From assembly GCA_963709405.1 (NCBI GenBank), contig CAVPXM010000073.1:44533-108532 (forward strand): a DNA stretch of 64,000 nt, read 5' to 3'. This document shows, in pieces, positions 12,597-22,459 of this stretch (the stretch's first letter is position 1; the number at the start of each line of letters is the position of its first letter). The notes below the pieces were generated by a model. It had not been told where the DNA came from. It searched no databases and was given only the letters and a program-made list of their open reading frames with translations. The translations under genes were made by a program, and so were the position numbers. The DNA is from an uncultured Nitrososphaerales archaeon (GTDB lineage: Archaea > Thermoproteota > Nitrososphaeria > Nitrososphaerales > Nitrososphaeraceae).

Positions 12597-13367
12597 GAAA
12601 CACATTTACGCACTTGCTTATTGCGCTATCCAGTATTAGCAATAATTGATTCCTATAATGCTAATCTGCAACTGCCAAATATATCACATCGTGCTATAAA
12701 GTTGCGTCCTTCTCAAATGTTACTGCATATCAAGTGCAGTTCTTATGTAAATCTGTTATAAGTTTATCACATCTACGGTTGATAGCAACAGTTCTTTCTC
12801 TAGTTTTATTTTATAAAAAGCAAACCATATCCTTATGTCATATTGAGAAAGAACAGGTTGACATCCATAACGCTTCCAGTCCTTATCATTTTTTGGCTTT
12901 GTCACATTTTGCTTCTTCCTCACCTTAAATACATAACGAAATGGATAAAGCTAAGTGACTCCTATTAATTGAGAAGTTGAAGAAGGGCTTGTATATGTAT
13001 TAATAGGTACTAAAAAAAAGTAATAATGTCGACGCAACAACTATTGCGATCATAAATGAGGTTATGAAAAGACATTCTTTAGATGTGACCCAATTTTTAA
13101 TCGACATGTAAAATAAAATGGATCGTATTACCAAATAAAATTCTAATGATTGAGGAGCTTGAAAATCTAAAAAGCCGCTTATTTTTGTCTTTTGTATTGA
13201 GTATGTACATTTTATGTATCAAACATACTTATGATGTTAAAATTGATTAGGCGAAACCATAGGACAAATATTAGTTTAGTTTCTTTTGTTAAACAATTTT
13301 TATATATTTAGGTTTTATTAACATTTATATCCTATCCATCAGTATAGGATATAACGACTGGATAAAG

Positions 13368-13908
13368 ATGTCAGGGGCCTTTGAGTATAAACCTAACTAT
13401 ATAAAAAAGGAAGAAATTATTAAAGGATATGAAAAGAAAAGTGAAGAAAAGATAGAGATACTTAGATTAGCTGGAATAGCCATGGTGATGATATTTGTAA
13501 CGTGGCTGCACATCTTACAGCCAAAATGGCTAGAAAATATCTCCATCATCATTACAGTAATAGTTTGTGGATACCCTCTGTATAGGGAATCATTATCTTC
13601 ATTGAAGAAGGGTCGGGTCAACATGGAATTATCTATGGTTATAGCCATTGTTGCATCACTTATTTTATTACAATTTCTTCTAGCAATTGCAATCACTTTT
13701 TTTGCATTGGTGTCGGAATTTATCGAAGGATTTATTGTAAGAAAAGGAAGGAAAAATATTGAAGGACTTTATAGGTATACTCCCAGAAAAGCAATTGTAA
13801 AAAGGCGGAATGATCACGAAGATGAACAAGAGAATCTAACCACTCAAGAAATACCAATCAGCAAGGTTATCGTTGGGGATATCGTCATTGTAAGAGAAGG
13901 AGACATCC
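13368..13908 (+). pseudogene. Heavy-metal P1B ATPase N-terminal fragment
   Basis: [32 protein letters not shown]; homology stops before the TGE motif. Confidence 0.8.
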
Positions 13909-14217
13909 TTATTTACCCACTCATATTTTGGCTGGGTTATAGGAATGTCTCTTCTTGGTATTGGAACGGCTCTCGTGTATCCTACACTACTTGCAGTAAT
14001 AAGCGATATTGCTCATCCAAGATGGAGGGCAACGTCTTTAGGTGTTTATAGATTTTGGAGAGATTTAGGATTTGTAGTTGGTGCAGTGGGGATAGGCTTT
14101 ATTGCAGATATATCGAATATCAGTATTGCAATTCAATTTGTTGCATGGATTGCATTAATATCAGGAATTTTTGTCCTTATCGTAATGCGTGAACCTAATC
14201 ATACATTCTATCGATGA
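13909..14217 (+). pseudogene. MFS transporter C-terminal fragment
   Basis: LLGIGTALVYPTLLAVISDIAHPRWRATSLGVYRFWRDLG. Confidence 0.8.
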
Positions 14218-14464
14218 GTTGAGTATACATGTGTTAAACCACGCATAGTCAATACTTTACTTTACAACATAACGTTGACAAGAAAAAGGGGATATTTTTT
14301 TCCCAGATTAGCCTGTGATCAGCCATATGAGAGTTATGCAATACAAAAGGATGAGATAATTAAAAAACACCAAATAATAATAAGATCCAAGGCAGTCATT
14401 GGATAAGCGTTAGTAACAGTTGCAAAAATATACTTATAAATCAGTCAACCCATAATATCAATTA

Positions 14465-14599
14465 TTATACGGACTCATCATAATGAATCATATACCAACA
14501 ACAACATTTGTCTAAGGAACAAGTAGGGCAATCAAATGCTGATTTGCTAGCAATACATTCTCCTGGATAACAACCACAATCCACACATTTAATTTTCAT
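14465..14599 (-). CDS. 44-aa Cys-rich metallothionein-like peptide, copy 1
   Basis: Manual translation: MKIKCVDCGCYPGECIASKSAFDCPTCSLDKCCCWYMIHYDESV; two paralogues in the window. Confidence 0.85.
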   Translation of the reverse strand: MKIKCVDCGCYPGECIASKSAFDCPTCSLDKCCCWYMIHYDESV

Positions 14600-14870
14600 A
14601 GTTATATGTATGAGATACTAGACGATACGCTTAAGGTTTAATTAGCATCATAAGAGCTAGTTATAGAGACTATTGAAGTTGCGCTCTTAACGATGTGACT
14701 ATCAATTAATATTAGTTGATGTCGATGGTTGGATTTGCATCAACTGACTATGCTGTAAATGCTCGTGAAGGGGAAGTATTGTTACCTAATGCCACTTGAG
14801 GTCTATACTATAATGAAACGGAGACATTTAGAATGTTAGATAGGATAATACCAGACTTATACAAGGTATT

Positions 14871-17069
14871 TCAACCATTTTCATTCTTATGAAGAGCAAA
14901 TCTTCTAATTAATAGAGAATTGCCAAATACCGCGGAATCACTTATGACCCATCCTAATGCTGCTAATGCTGGAGTCAGTATTAGAGAATTTGTGAGACCG
15001 TATAGTAATCCAGCAGCAATTGATATCGTTATAACGTTATATGTAAAAGACATAGCTAAATTCTGTTTTATTTTCTTAAAGGAATACTGCCCTAACTTTA
15101 AGGCATAAAGAACATGCTTTAGGTCACTTTTCATAAGTATTATGTGTCCAGCTGACATGGCTATGTCTGTCCCAGAACCAATCGCTATCCCGACGTCAGC
15201 CTGTGTTAGTGCTGGAGCGTCATTTATTCCGTCTCCAATCATAATAACTTTTTTCCCTTGATTGATCTGTAATTTCTTTATCTCTAGGGCCTTTTCGGCG
15301 GGTGAGACTTGAAACAAAACCCTTTCAATACCAAGTTTCCTAGCAATAGCATCGACAGTTCTTTTGTTATCTCCGCTGATCAGTATAATTTCTTTTTTCA
15401 TCTTCTTTATTTCTTTAACAATATATTTTGCATCTTCTCTAAGTGTATCTGCGACAGCTATCAATCCGACTAGTGCATCTTCTACAAATACTTCAACCAC
15501 CGTTTTTCCTTCTAATTCTAGGTTTTCGATTTTTGACTGAATATCTTGGGAAATCAATCTAGTTCCATGATTGTTATTTTTGTTGTCATCCCCATTTACT
15601 TTTCGTGTTGCTCCGTTACGACCAAGAAATATTCTTTTTCCCTGATATGACGCCAAAACACCTGAGCCAGATAACGAGTAGAATTCTGATACGTCCAGTT
15701 TCGGAATGGATTTTTCATTTGTTTTTTTTACTATAGCACTGGCTATGGGATGTTCTGATTTTGCTTCAATAGATGATGCTATCTGCAATATACGGAGTTG
15801 ATCATATTCATGATGATTTGAAATAACATCAGTTACTTCTGGTGTTCCTTTTGTCAATGTCCCAGTTTTATCAAACACTATTGTATCTATAGAAGATAAT
15901 TTTTCAATATATCCTCCACCTTTAATTAATACCCCTTCTCTTGCCGCCTTATCTATTCCTAAAGATATCACCATAGGAGTAGCTATACCCAATGCACAAG
16001 GACATGATACTACAAGCACCGTGGCAAACACAGTTATAGCAAATGAAATAGGTTCGTTTGCAACAAATAACCAGTAAAGCGATGCACTGATTGCGATCAT
16101 AAGAACGGTTGGTATGAAATACTGAACAGCTCGATCTGCGATTCTTTGCACAGGTGCTTTTGACATCCTAGCTTTCCTAACCATATCGATTATACTCGCA
16201 AGCACAGTATTGCTTCCCACATTGGTTGTCTTAAACTGAAGATAACCATTCTTGTTTAAGGTGCCACCTGTAACTCTATCGCCAATTTTTTTCTCAACAG
16301 GTATTGATTCTCCAGTAATCATAGATTCGTCTAGAGAGGATTCTCCGTCAATTACTTCTCCATCCGTAGCAATTTTTTCCCCAGGTTTTACAATAACTAT
16401 ATCACCAACAACAATTTCATCAGAATCGAGAATCTCTTCTTTTCCATTTCGAATAACCATTGCAGTCTTAGGTTTTAAAGCAAGCAGATTCTTTAATGAT
16501 TCATTGGTTGTTTTCAGAACCCTGCTTTCAAGATATTCTCCTATTGTGAATATAGTTAAAACAGATGAGGAAGCCTCAAAAAATTGGATATGAGAAGATG
16601 TAAAGAGCAATGTAAATATACTATAAAGATATGCTACGGTAGTGCTTAGTACAACAAGAGTATCTGTGGTAAATCGCTTTCTGTATCTTATTGCTTGCAA
16701 GAACCTGTAATAAAATGGTCTTCCTAGAAGAACTTGAACAATTGTTGCTAACGCTAATATCACAAATTCAACCGTAATTGAACGATATTGCACAAATACT
16801 TCCAGCAGGACTATAGATATGGTTAAAGTGAGACCAATAATTATGAGTAATTTGTCGTTAAGCAGCAGACGATTCTCATTCTTCTGGTGATCGCTTGTGT
16901 GCTCATGCTGCTGCATATTATCATGTTTTTCTTCATCACTTCTAGTAACTACTTGATTTAAGGCAGGTTCGTTACTGCTGCAACAATCGCAGTTAATATT
17001 AGCATCAACAGAAGAAAACTTAAGATGTTCTTGTTCTTTATCCTTTAATAACTTGTCAAATTTTTTCAT
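14871..17069 (-). CDS. Heavy-metal-translocating P1B-type ATPase (CopA-like)
   Basis: TGES, CPC, DKTGT, SEHP, GDGIND and TM7 YN motifs. Confidence 0.95.
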   Translation of the reverse strand: MKKFDKLLKDKEQEHLKFSSVDANINCDCCSSNEPALNQVVTRSDEEKHDNMQQHEHTSDHQKNENRLLLNDKLLIIIGLTLTISIVLLEVFVQYRSITVEFVILALATIVQVLLGRPFYYRFLQAIRYRKRFTTDTLVVLSTTVAYLYSIFTLLFTSSHIQFFEASSSVLTIFTIGEYLESRVLKTTNESLKNLLALKPKTAMVIRNGKEEILDSDEIVVGDIVIVKPGEKIATDGEVIDGESSLDESMITGESIPVEKKIGDRVTGGTLNKNGYLQFKTTNVGSNTVLASIIDMVRKARMSKAPVQRIADRAVQYFIPTVLMIAISASLYWLFVANEPISFAITVFATVLVVSCPCALGIATPMVISLGIDKAAREGVLIKGGGYIEKLSSIDTIVFDKTGTLTKGTPEVTDVISNHHEYDQLRILQIASSIEAKSEHPIASAIVKKTNEKSIPKLDVSEFYSLSGSGVLASYQGKRIFLGRNGATRKVNGDDNKNNNHGTRLISQDIQSKIENLELEGKTVVEVFVEDALVGLIAVADTLREDAKYIVKEIKKMKKEIILISGDNKRTVDAIARKLGIERVLFQVSPAEKALEIKKLQINQGKKVIMIGDGINDAPALTQADVGIAIGSGTDIAMSAGHIILMKSDLKHVLYALKLGQYSFKKIKQNLAMSFTYNVITISIAAGLLYGLTNSLILTPALAALGWVISDSAVFGNSLLIRRFALHKNENG

Positions 17070-17090
17070 ATATCTATAGTCCTCCCTATT

Positions 17091-17268
17091 TCACTTCTTC
17101 TTTGGTTCCTCGTTATAGTTTACACATTCAAATATTCCTCTTGCTATTTCTGATAGTATAGTATCGCCTTCTCGTAAAATGTTTGAAACCATCTTGTTGC
17201 GAATGCTGTAAAAAATATTCTTTCCTTCTCTTCTATTCTGAACAAGTCCACAGTCTAGCAGACACGCT
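17091..17268 (-). pseudogene. ArsR/SmtB (CmtR-like) regulator, C-terminal half
   Basis: ACLLDCGLV..RREGKNIFY plus a distal Cys; N-terminal helices not recognisable. Confidence 0.7.
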
Positions 17269-17656
17269 CTGTAATTGTATTGACACATTATTAGTTGATG
17301 ATATGATGAACTATTGATAGCCATCGCTATTTAAATTCATCTATTACATCTCCTAAATTGAGATTGGATATCTATCTAGGTAAAACTGTTACTGGCTGTC
17401 AAAGACAAGGTAAAATTAGGAGAATTAAGAATTTACTAGTATATTTGCAGATATGGCTTAATTATTTCCTCTCTCATACCTTGTGTTTACAAGAGAAACT
17501 ATTTAAGTTGTCGAGAGAAACTAGGTAAAGTAGTGCGGTTATGGAAACAAAAAGAAATGAAGCGCAAAAACAAGATCAGTAAAAACAAGAACAGCGTTAC
17601 CACTTGTTCAAAATATTGAAAATTGAGATTTTCATGGATATGATACTGATACACTT

Positions 17657-17956
17657 ATGAAAGAGACTGCTAAACTACGTAAGATAATTACAAAGAGAGG
17701 AACTCTTGAAATCCTAATCCCATTATGTTGTACCACTACACCAGTTAGATATCTAAAATTCAGAAATACACTGAAGGGTTTTAGTAGCAAGACTTTAGCG
17801 AAAAGGCTAAAGGAACTTGATAAAAGCGGAATTCTAGAAAGACAAGCATACAACGAAATCCCACGAAGAGTAGAATATAGATTAACAAATAAAGGACAAG
17901 AACTTGTTGAATCTATAGTCTACCTATCGCAGTGGATGAGACGATGGTCTTCCTAA
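17657..17956 (+). CDS. HxlR-family transcriptional regulator
   Basis: SSKTLAKRLKEL...AYNEIPRRVEYRLT.KG. Confidence 0.92.
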   Translation: MKETAKLRKIITKRGTLEILIPLCCTTTPVRYLKFRNTLKGFSSKTLAKRLKELDKSGILERQAYNEIPRRVEYRLTNKGQELVESIVYLSQWMRRWSS

Positions 17957-18022
17957 AATTTTGATACGATTCAATGTTTCTATTTTGAAAATCATTAATA
18001 GTAGTAATCGGAAGTGCTATGT

Positions 18023-18157
18023 GTGAATATCACGTGCTCGGAGTGCTTATGTGCACCTACCGATTGTATTATTATTGATCGGAAAGATCCTCACATGTGC
18101 AAGTATTGCATAAAGGACATATGCTGCTGTATAAGTATTCATATAGAATCGGATTAA
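18023..18157 (+). CDS. 44-aa Cys-rich metallothionein-like peptide, copy 2
   Basis: GTG start; MNITCSECLCAPTDCIIIDRKDPHMCKYCIKDICCCISIHIESD. Confidence 0.8.
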   Translation: MNITCSECLCAPTDCIIIDRKDPHMCKYCIKDICCCISIHIESD

Positions 18158-18271
18158 CAGCTATTCATTAATTTTTGTCTTCTGGATTCAAGAATCAACA
18201 AGAAATGCTCTTAGAACTACAATCCTTCATCAGATTCTTATAATAGCAGGTTTTGTAACCCTTTATCAACA

Positions 18272-18649
18272 TTGAATAGTAACGTAAAAAATATCTCAAT
18301 TAGTTTATTCTTATTTTTTCTTGCTGGTTTATGTGAAATTGGTGGCGGATATCTAGTATGGTTATGGTTAAGAGAGGACATGAGCTGGGTTTTAGGAGTT
18401 ATTGGTGGGTTTGTTTTGTTTGCTTATGGAATAATTCCTACCTATCAACCAGCTCATTTCCATCGTGTTTATGCAGCCTACGGTGGAATCTTTATTATCA
18501 TGGCCCTAGCTTGGGGTTGGTTATTTGAAAGGATTGCTCCTGACATCTATGATATTTTGGGCTCAATCATTGCAATTATTGGAGTTGTAGTAATATTTTA
18601 TATGCCTAGAAAGAATGGTGGTGAGAAATCAATCTGGGCCAATCAATAA
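18272..18649 (+). CDS. YnfA/UPF0060 family small membrane protein
   Basis: AGLCEIGGGYLVW and RVYAAYGGIF motifs. Confidence 0.93.
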   Translation: MNSNVKNISISLFLFFLAGLCEIGGGYLVWLWLREDMSWVLGVIGGFVLFAYGIIPTYQPAHFHRVYAAYGGIFIIMALAWGWLFERIAPDIYDILGSIIAIIGVVVIFYMPRKNGGEKSIWANQ

Positions 18650-18981
18650 TAATAATAATAATCATAGTTACTCTGACATTATTCTTTACTGCAGCAATCG
18701 CAGAGATTGGTGGAGGATATCTGATTTGGTCGTGGATAAGGAAAAAGAAGCCGCTAATTCTCGGTTTAGTTGGTGGAATAATTTTATTTATTTATGGAAC
18801 TCTTCCAACGCTCCAACCATCGAACTTTGGAAGAGTATATGCAGCCTACGGTGGAATCTTCGTAGTATCTTCTATTATCTGGGGATTATTGATAGACAAA
18901 AAGAAGCCAGACAGATATGACGTCATTGGGTCATTTATTGTGTTATCAGGTGCAGCAGTAATATTTTACAGTCCTCGCTAG
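18634..18981 (+). CDS. Second YnfA/UPF0060 family protein
   Basis: Not in ORF track. Open frame reading AAIAEIGGGYLIW...FGRVYAAYGGIF...PDRYD...YSPR*; likely CTG start after GGTGGTGA. Confidence 0.88.
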   Translation: MGQSIIIIIIIVTLTLFFTAAIAEIGGGYLIWSWIRKKKPLILGLVGGIILFIYGTLPTLQPSNFGRVYAAYGGIFVVSSIIWGLLIDKKKPDRYDVIGSFIVLSGAAVIFYSPR

Positions 18982-19114
18982 CTAGCTGCCATAGCGAACA
19001 TCTGTTAATCTTCATGACCATATAAGCGCTATCTATTATTGGATTATTGGACTACTAAATTTGCTTATATATGCTCCAAGTTTAACTTGATTCAAATCAG
19101 GGAGAAGAAAAATC

Positions 19115-19537
19115 ATGTTCTCGGGAGGAAAGAAAAATGAGAAGCATAAGAACAAGAAGAATCGCTTCTCATCAGAATATACAATGCTTTCAATCCTCGA
19201 ATATCTTTATACAAATACACAAAAGATACCTGTAAGTAAATATAATATTGTGACAAATACTCCTGGTATTAAGCAACAGAGACCAGATAGAGTGAATATC
19301 ATGATAGATTCACTCGAGAAGAATGGATACATTACATCGGTAAATACCTCTCCCAATCTCATATTCTATAAGATAACTCAAAATGGTATAGACGCTTATG
19401 AGAAATGGATTAAGGATTTTCTAGACTTTGCAAGAAATACAAATATTACTACTACACATGCAAGATCTATCACAACCAATAATGAATCTTTGAAAAAAGG
19501 TAGCTATGACAGTAGTAACGTTATGATGACAGTGTAG
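19115..19537 (+). CDS. Winged-helix-like hypothetical protein
   Basis: LEKNGYI...YKITQNG wing pattern. Confidence 0.65.
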   Translation: MFSGGKKNEKHKNKKNRFSSEYTMLSILEYLYTNTQKIPVSKYNIVTNTPGIKQQRPDRVNIMIDSLEKNGYITSVNTSPNLIFYKITQNGIDAYEKWIKDFLDFARNTNITTTHARSITTNNESLKKGSYDSSNVMMTV

Positions 19538-19554
19538 TAAATAAGTAGAACACG

Positions 19555-20409
19555 CTAAGTGACCGATGCTTGTTGTTGTGGCAGTGATGCAGATGAAGAT
19601 GATGGTTTAACTATGAGAATAAGATGAGTTATTCCTCTCTTCCTATGAAAAGAGATTTTGCTTGCATACTCTCGGGCATCATCTGTTAAACTATCTCCTA
19701 TTACTAGCCCTATGCCAATTTGATGTCTTGTAACCGAATTATATTTTATGAGCGAGTCTGCAAAGGACTCTACGAGGTTTCTATCTATATCGCCATCAAC
19801 GATCTTGATTATAATGGCTCCATATTCTTTTAGAACTCTCTTAAGATTATTACTTGAACTACTGCCATCATTCACTACGTGATCCGAATCTAATAGGACA
19901 TCAAATAACAAATCGTTAGCATCATGTATAGATACACTGAGAAATTCATTAGGACTCGTTTTTCTTGAATCAATATAATCTTGCAACGGTTTGCTAATTT
20001 CTTGTATTGATTGCGACAAAGCGAGGATTGCTTCTTCTTTAGTTCTTGCTGTCATTGTAATACTCATGGTGGCCATTATGGTATTTCTTTCAAACATATC
20101 AGTCCACCTCTCGAGAACATTTCTTGACCTTAGTAAAAGTAAAACCAGTGGTATCAACACGGCTATTAAAACCCCCAATAGGGTAAGATCAACTATTTTA
20201 TCTACTTGCTCACTTGAAGTAGAAAAATAATCTAACGCTCCAAGTATATTTAATATTGAAAGCACTACAAGAGTTGCAATCAATCCAATAACAACGTAAA
20301 GATTTTTTTGTGCCAAGTGTATTAATCGGGTGGATTCATGACCAAATCTAGTAGTCAAAATCGCCGATGATGATAAGTCAAAGTCATTAAATTTGTCTGT
20401 CTCTCTCAT
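19555..20409 (-). CDS. Membrane-anchored hypothetical protein
   Basis: Two N-terminal TMs followed by a soluble domain, 284 aa. Confidence 0.7.
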   Translation of the reverse strand: MRETDKFNDFDLSSSAILTTRFGHESTRLIHLAQKNLYVVIGLIATLVVLSILNILGALDYFSTSSEQVDKIVDLTLLGVLIAVLIPLVLLLLRSRNVLERWTDMFERNTIMATMSITMTARTKEEAILALSQSIQEISKPLQDYIDSRKTSPNEFLSVSIHDANDLLFDVLLDSDHVVNDGSSSSNNLKRVLKEYGAIIIKIVDGDIDRNLVESFADSLIKYNSVTRHQIGIGLVIGDSLTDDAREYASKISFHRKRGITHLILIVKPSSSSASLPQQQASVT

Positions 20410-20462
20410 AATGTGTAAATATGTGAAGAATATATGGCATTTTTGAATATATAAAGTGGCAT

Positions 20463-20496
20463 ATAACTAAGTTACAACCACTTGTAACTGAGTTAT
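20463..20496. promoter_or_regulatory. Inverted repeat, putative operator between divergent genes
   Basis: ataactaagttacaa-ccac-ttgtaactgagttat; arms match 14/15. Confidence 0.6.
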
Positions 20497-20535
20497 TATA
20501 GTATTATTATAATCCCAATTATTAACTATGCATAC

Positions 20536-21348
20536 ATGAAAAATAAAATAGCATTTTTGAATGTCTCACTGGTATTAACTGTATTATCCTTAGCGTTACT
20601 TCACGTGCAATCATCATCTTATCCTCTTGAAACAATAATTCATGGAGCAAAGGCTGCTGAAACGGCCGAAGAAAGAGCACATGAGGAGGGTGGAAATAGC
20701 ACTATCCAAAATGGTTTTTCTCCAGCAAGTCCTGAAGAAAGCAAGCAAGTGACTAAACAATCAGAAAAAGAAGTCGCAATCAATTTATCACCACAAAGTT
20801 TAATTCAATCAGGCTCTCCATTGCAAGGAAATCCAGCAGCACCAGTTACAATAGTTGAATTTGGTGACTTTCAATGTAAATTCTGTGATAGATTTGCTAA
20901 AGAAACTGAACCAAAGATTAATGCGACTTATATTCAGACAGGTAAAGCAAATATGATTTTCAAAAATTTTGTAACCCATGGGCCAGATTCAATCACTGCC
21001 GCTATGGCAGCCCAGTGCGCTAATGACCAAGGTAAGTTTTGGAGTTTTTATCAGATCCTCTATAAAAATCAAGGAGAGGAAAACTCTGGTTGGGCTAATA
21101 CAAGCAATATGAAAAAGTTTGCATCACAAATACCTGGCTTGAACATTCAAAAGTTTAATTCGTGCCTTGATAGCAGTAAATACAAATCATTTGTAGATAA
21201 GGATAATACTCTAGCAATATCTTCAGGATTTCAGGGCACGCCTAGTTTTGTAATAGAAAAGAAAGACGGTTCAAGTAGAGAAATGTTACTCGGAGCATAT
21301 CCTTTTCCTTCATTCCAGGCGGTAATAGATAAGAAATTAAATGAATAA
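20536..21348 (+). CDS. DsbA-family thiol-disulfide oxidoreductase, exported
   Basis: GNPAAPVTIVEFGDFQCKFC and cis-Pro GTP motifs. Confidence 0.93.
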   Translation: MKNKIAFLNVSLVLTVLSLALLHVQSSSYPLETIIHGAKAAETAEERAHEEGGNSTIQNGFSPASPEESKQVTKQSEKEVAINLSPQSLIQSGSPLQGNPAAPVTIVEFGDFQCKFCDRFAKETEPKINATYIQTGKANMIFKNFVTHGPDSITAAMAAQCANDQGKFWSFYQILYKNQGEENSGWANTSNMKKFASQIPGLNIQKFNSCLDSSKYKSFVDKDNTLAISSGFQGTPSFVIEKKDGSSREMLLGAYPFPSFQAVIDKKLNE

Positions 21349-21937
21349 TGAATGGATTAAAAGTAAATTGAAAAGAGATAATAAAATAACTTCATTGCCG
21401 AAATTATCTGGATCGCGACCTTATCTTACTATTTCGACTTCAATAAGAATAGTCTTCTCAAATTGGCATTATGTTGTTATAGCAGGAATTATATCCGCAA
21501 TATTCTGGATCATATTTAGTATTTTTGACCAATTGCTATTTTTTACACCTATCTTTGTATTTTACCTACCAGATGATGCAGTAACAGGATTTATTCTCTC
21601 CACTATAACTGCAATCCTTTTGGGTGTTGTTGTAGGAATGAATGTATATGTGCTAAGACATTCAAAAGGTTTGAAGATAAATATTAAATCATTTTTTTCA
21701 GGATCAACTTTAAGTGTGCTTTCAAGCACATGTGCTAGTTGTTCCTCACTGGGTTTTCTCCTTGTTTCTGCATTCGGAGGAATAGGGGTAACTGCATCAG
21801 CCTTTCTATCTAATTATCAGACACCTTTACGAATTCTTTCGATAGCCCTATTGATATGGGCACTATATTCAATAAGTAATAAATTGACTAATAGTTGTGC
21901 ACTACAAAAAGATGACATAATTAAAAACACCAAATAA
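21341..21937 (+). CDS. Membrane protein with CxxC, overlapping dsbA
   Basis: Several TMs and a TCASC motif; 8-nt overlap with the upstream gene. Confidence 0.8.
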   Translation: MNNEWIKSKLKRDNKITSLPKLSGSRPYLTISTSIRIVFSNWHYVVIAGIISAIFWIIFSIFDQLLFFTPIFVFYLPDDAVTGFILSTITAILLGVVVGMNVYVLRHSKGLKINIKSFFSGSTLSVLSSTCASCSSLGFLLVSAFGGIGVTASAFLSNYQTPLRILSIALLIWALYSISNKLTNSCALQKDDIIKNTK

Positions 21938-22014
21938 TAAGAGCAGTCATTAGAGGACAAATCCGTAGCAATAGTAATGCTATTCCTGCAATTCAATCAA
22001 CAAATTACCAGTTA

Positions 22015-22149
22015 TCATATGGACTCCTCACCATGAATCGTAGACCAACAACAACAATCCTCTAAGACACAGTTAGGGTAATTAAATGAAGAAATACTTG
22101 CTATACATTCTTCTGGATAACAACCACAATCCACACATTTAATTTTCAC
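22015..22149 (-). CDS. 44-aa Cys-rich metallothionein-like peptide, copy 3
   Basis: GTG start; MKIKCVDCGCYPEECIASISSFNYPNCVLEDCCCWSTIHGEESI. Confidence 0.8.
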   Translation of the reverse strand: MKIKCVDCGCYPEECIASISSFNYPNCVLEDCCCWSTIHGEESI

Positions 22150-22459
22150 AATATTCTCATGTATGTAATGCTAGGTGATAAAGTATACTTTGATTACTAT
22201 CTCATTAGATATTCGTATTTGCATAGTAGTTATGTTGCTAAACCACTGGTAAATGAGTTGGACAATAACGTATGAAGAAGAGAGACCAAACTACAATGAA
22301 TTGGAGACGTAAATCAGGACATGATGATATCCGATCTGTGCAAGGCGGAGTAGCAACAGTAGCGGCAGTGGAGATTCTATCAGTGGTTAGCTTCTCTGCA
22401 CTGGCACAAGCACACGACTCTGATTCATAGAATAGATCATTCTCATTCTTCTTTGATTT

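Noticed and set aside
18615-18920. 101-aa poly-Asn ORF in the track
   Set aside because: Wrong frame; the overlapping frame encodes a clear YnfA.
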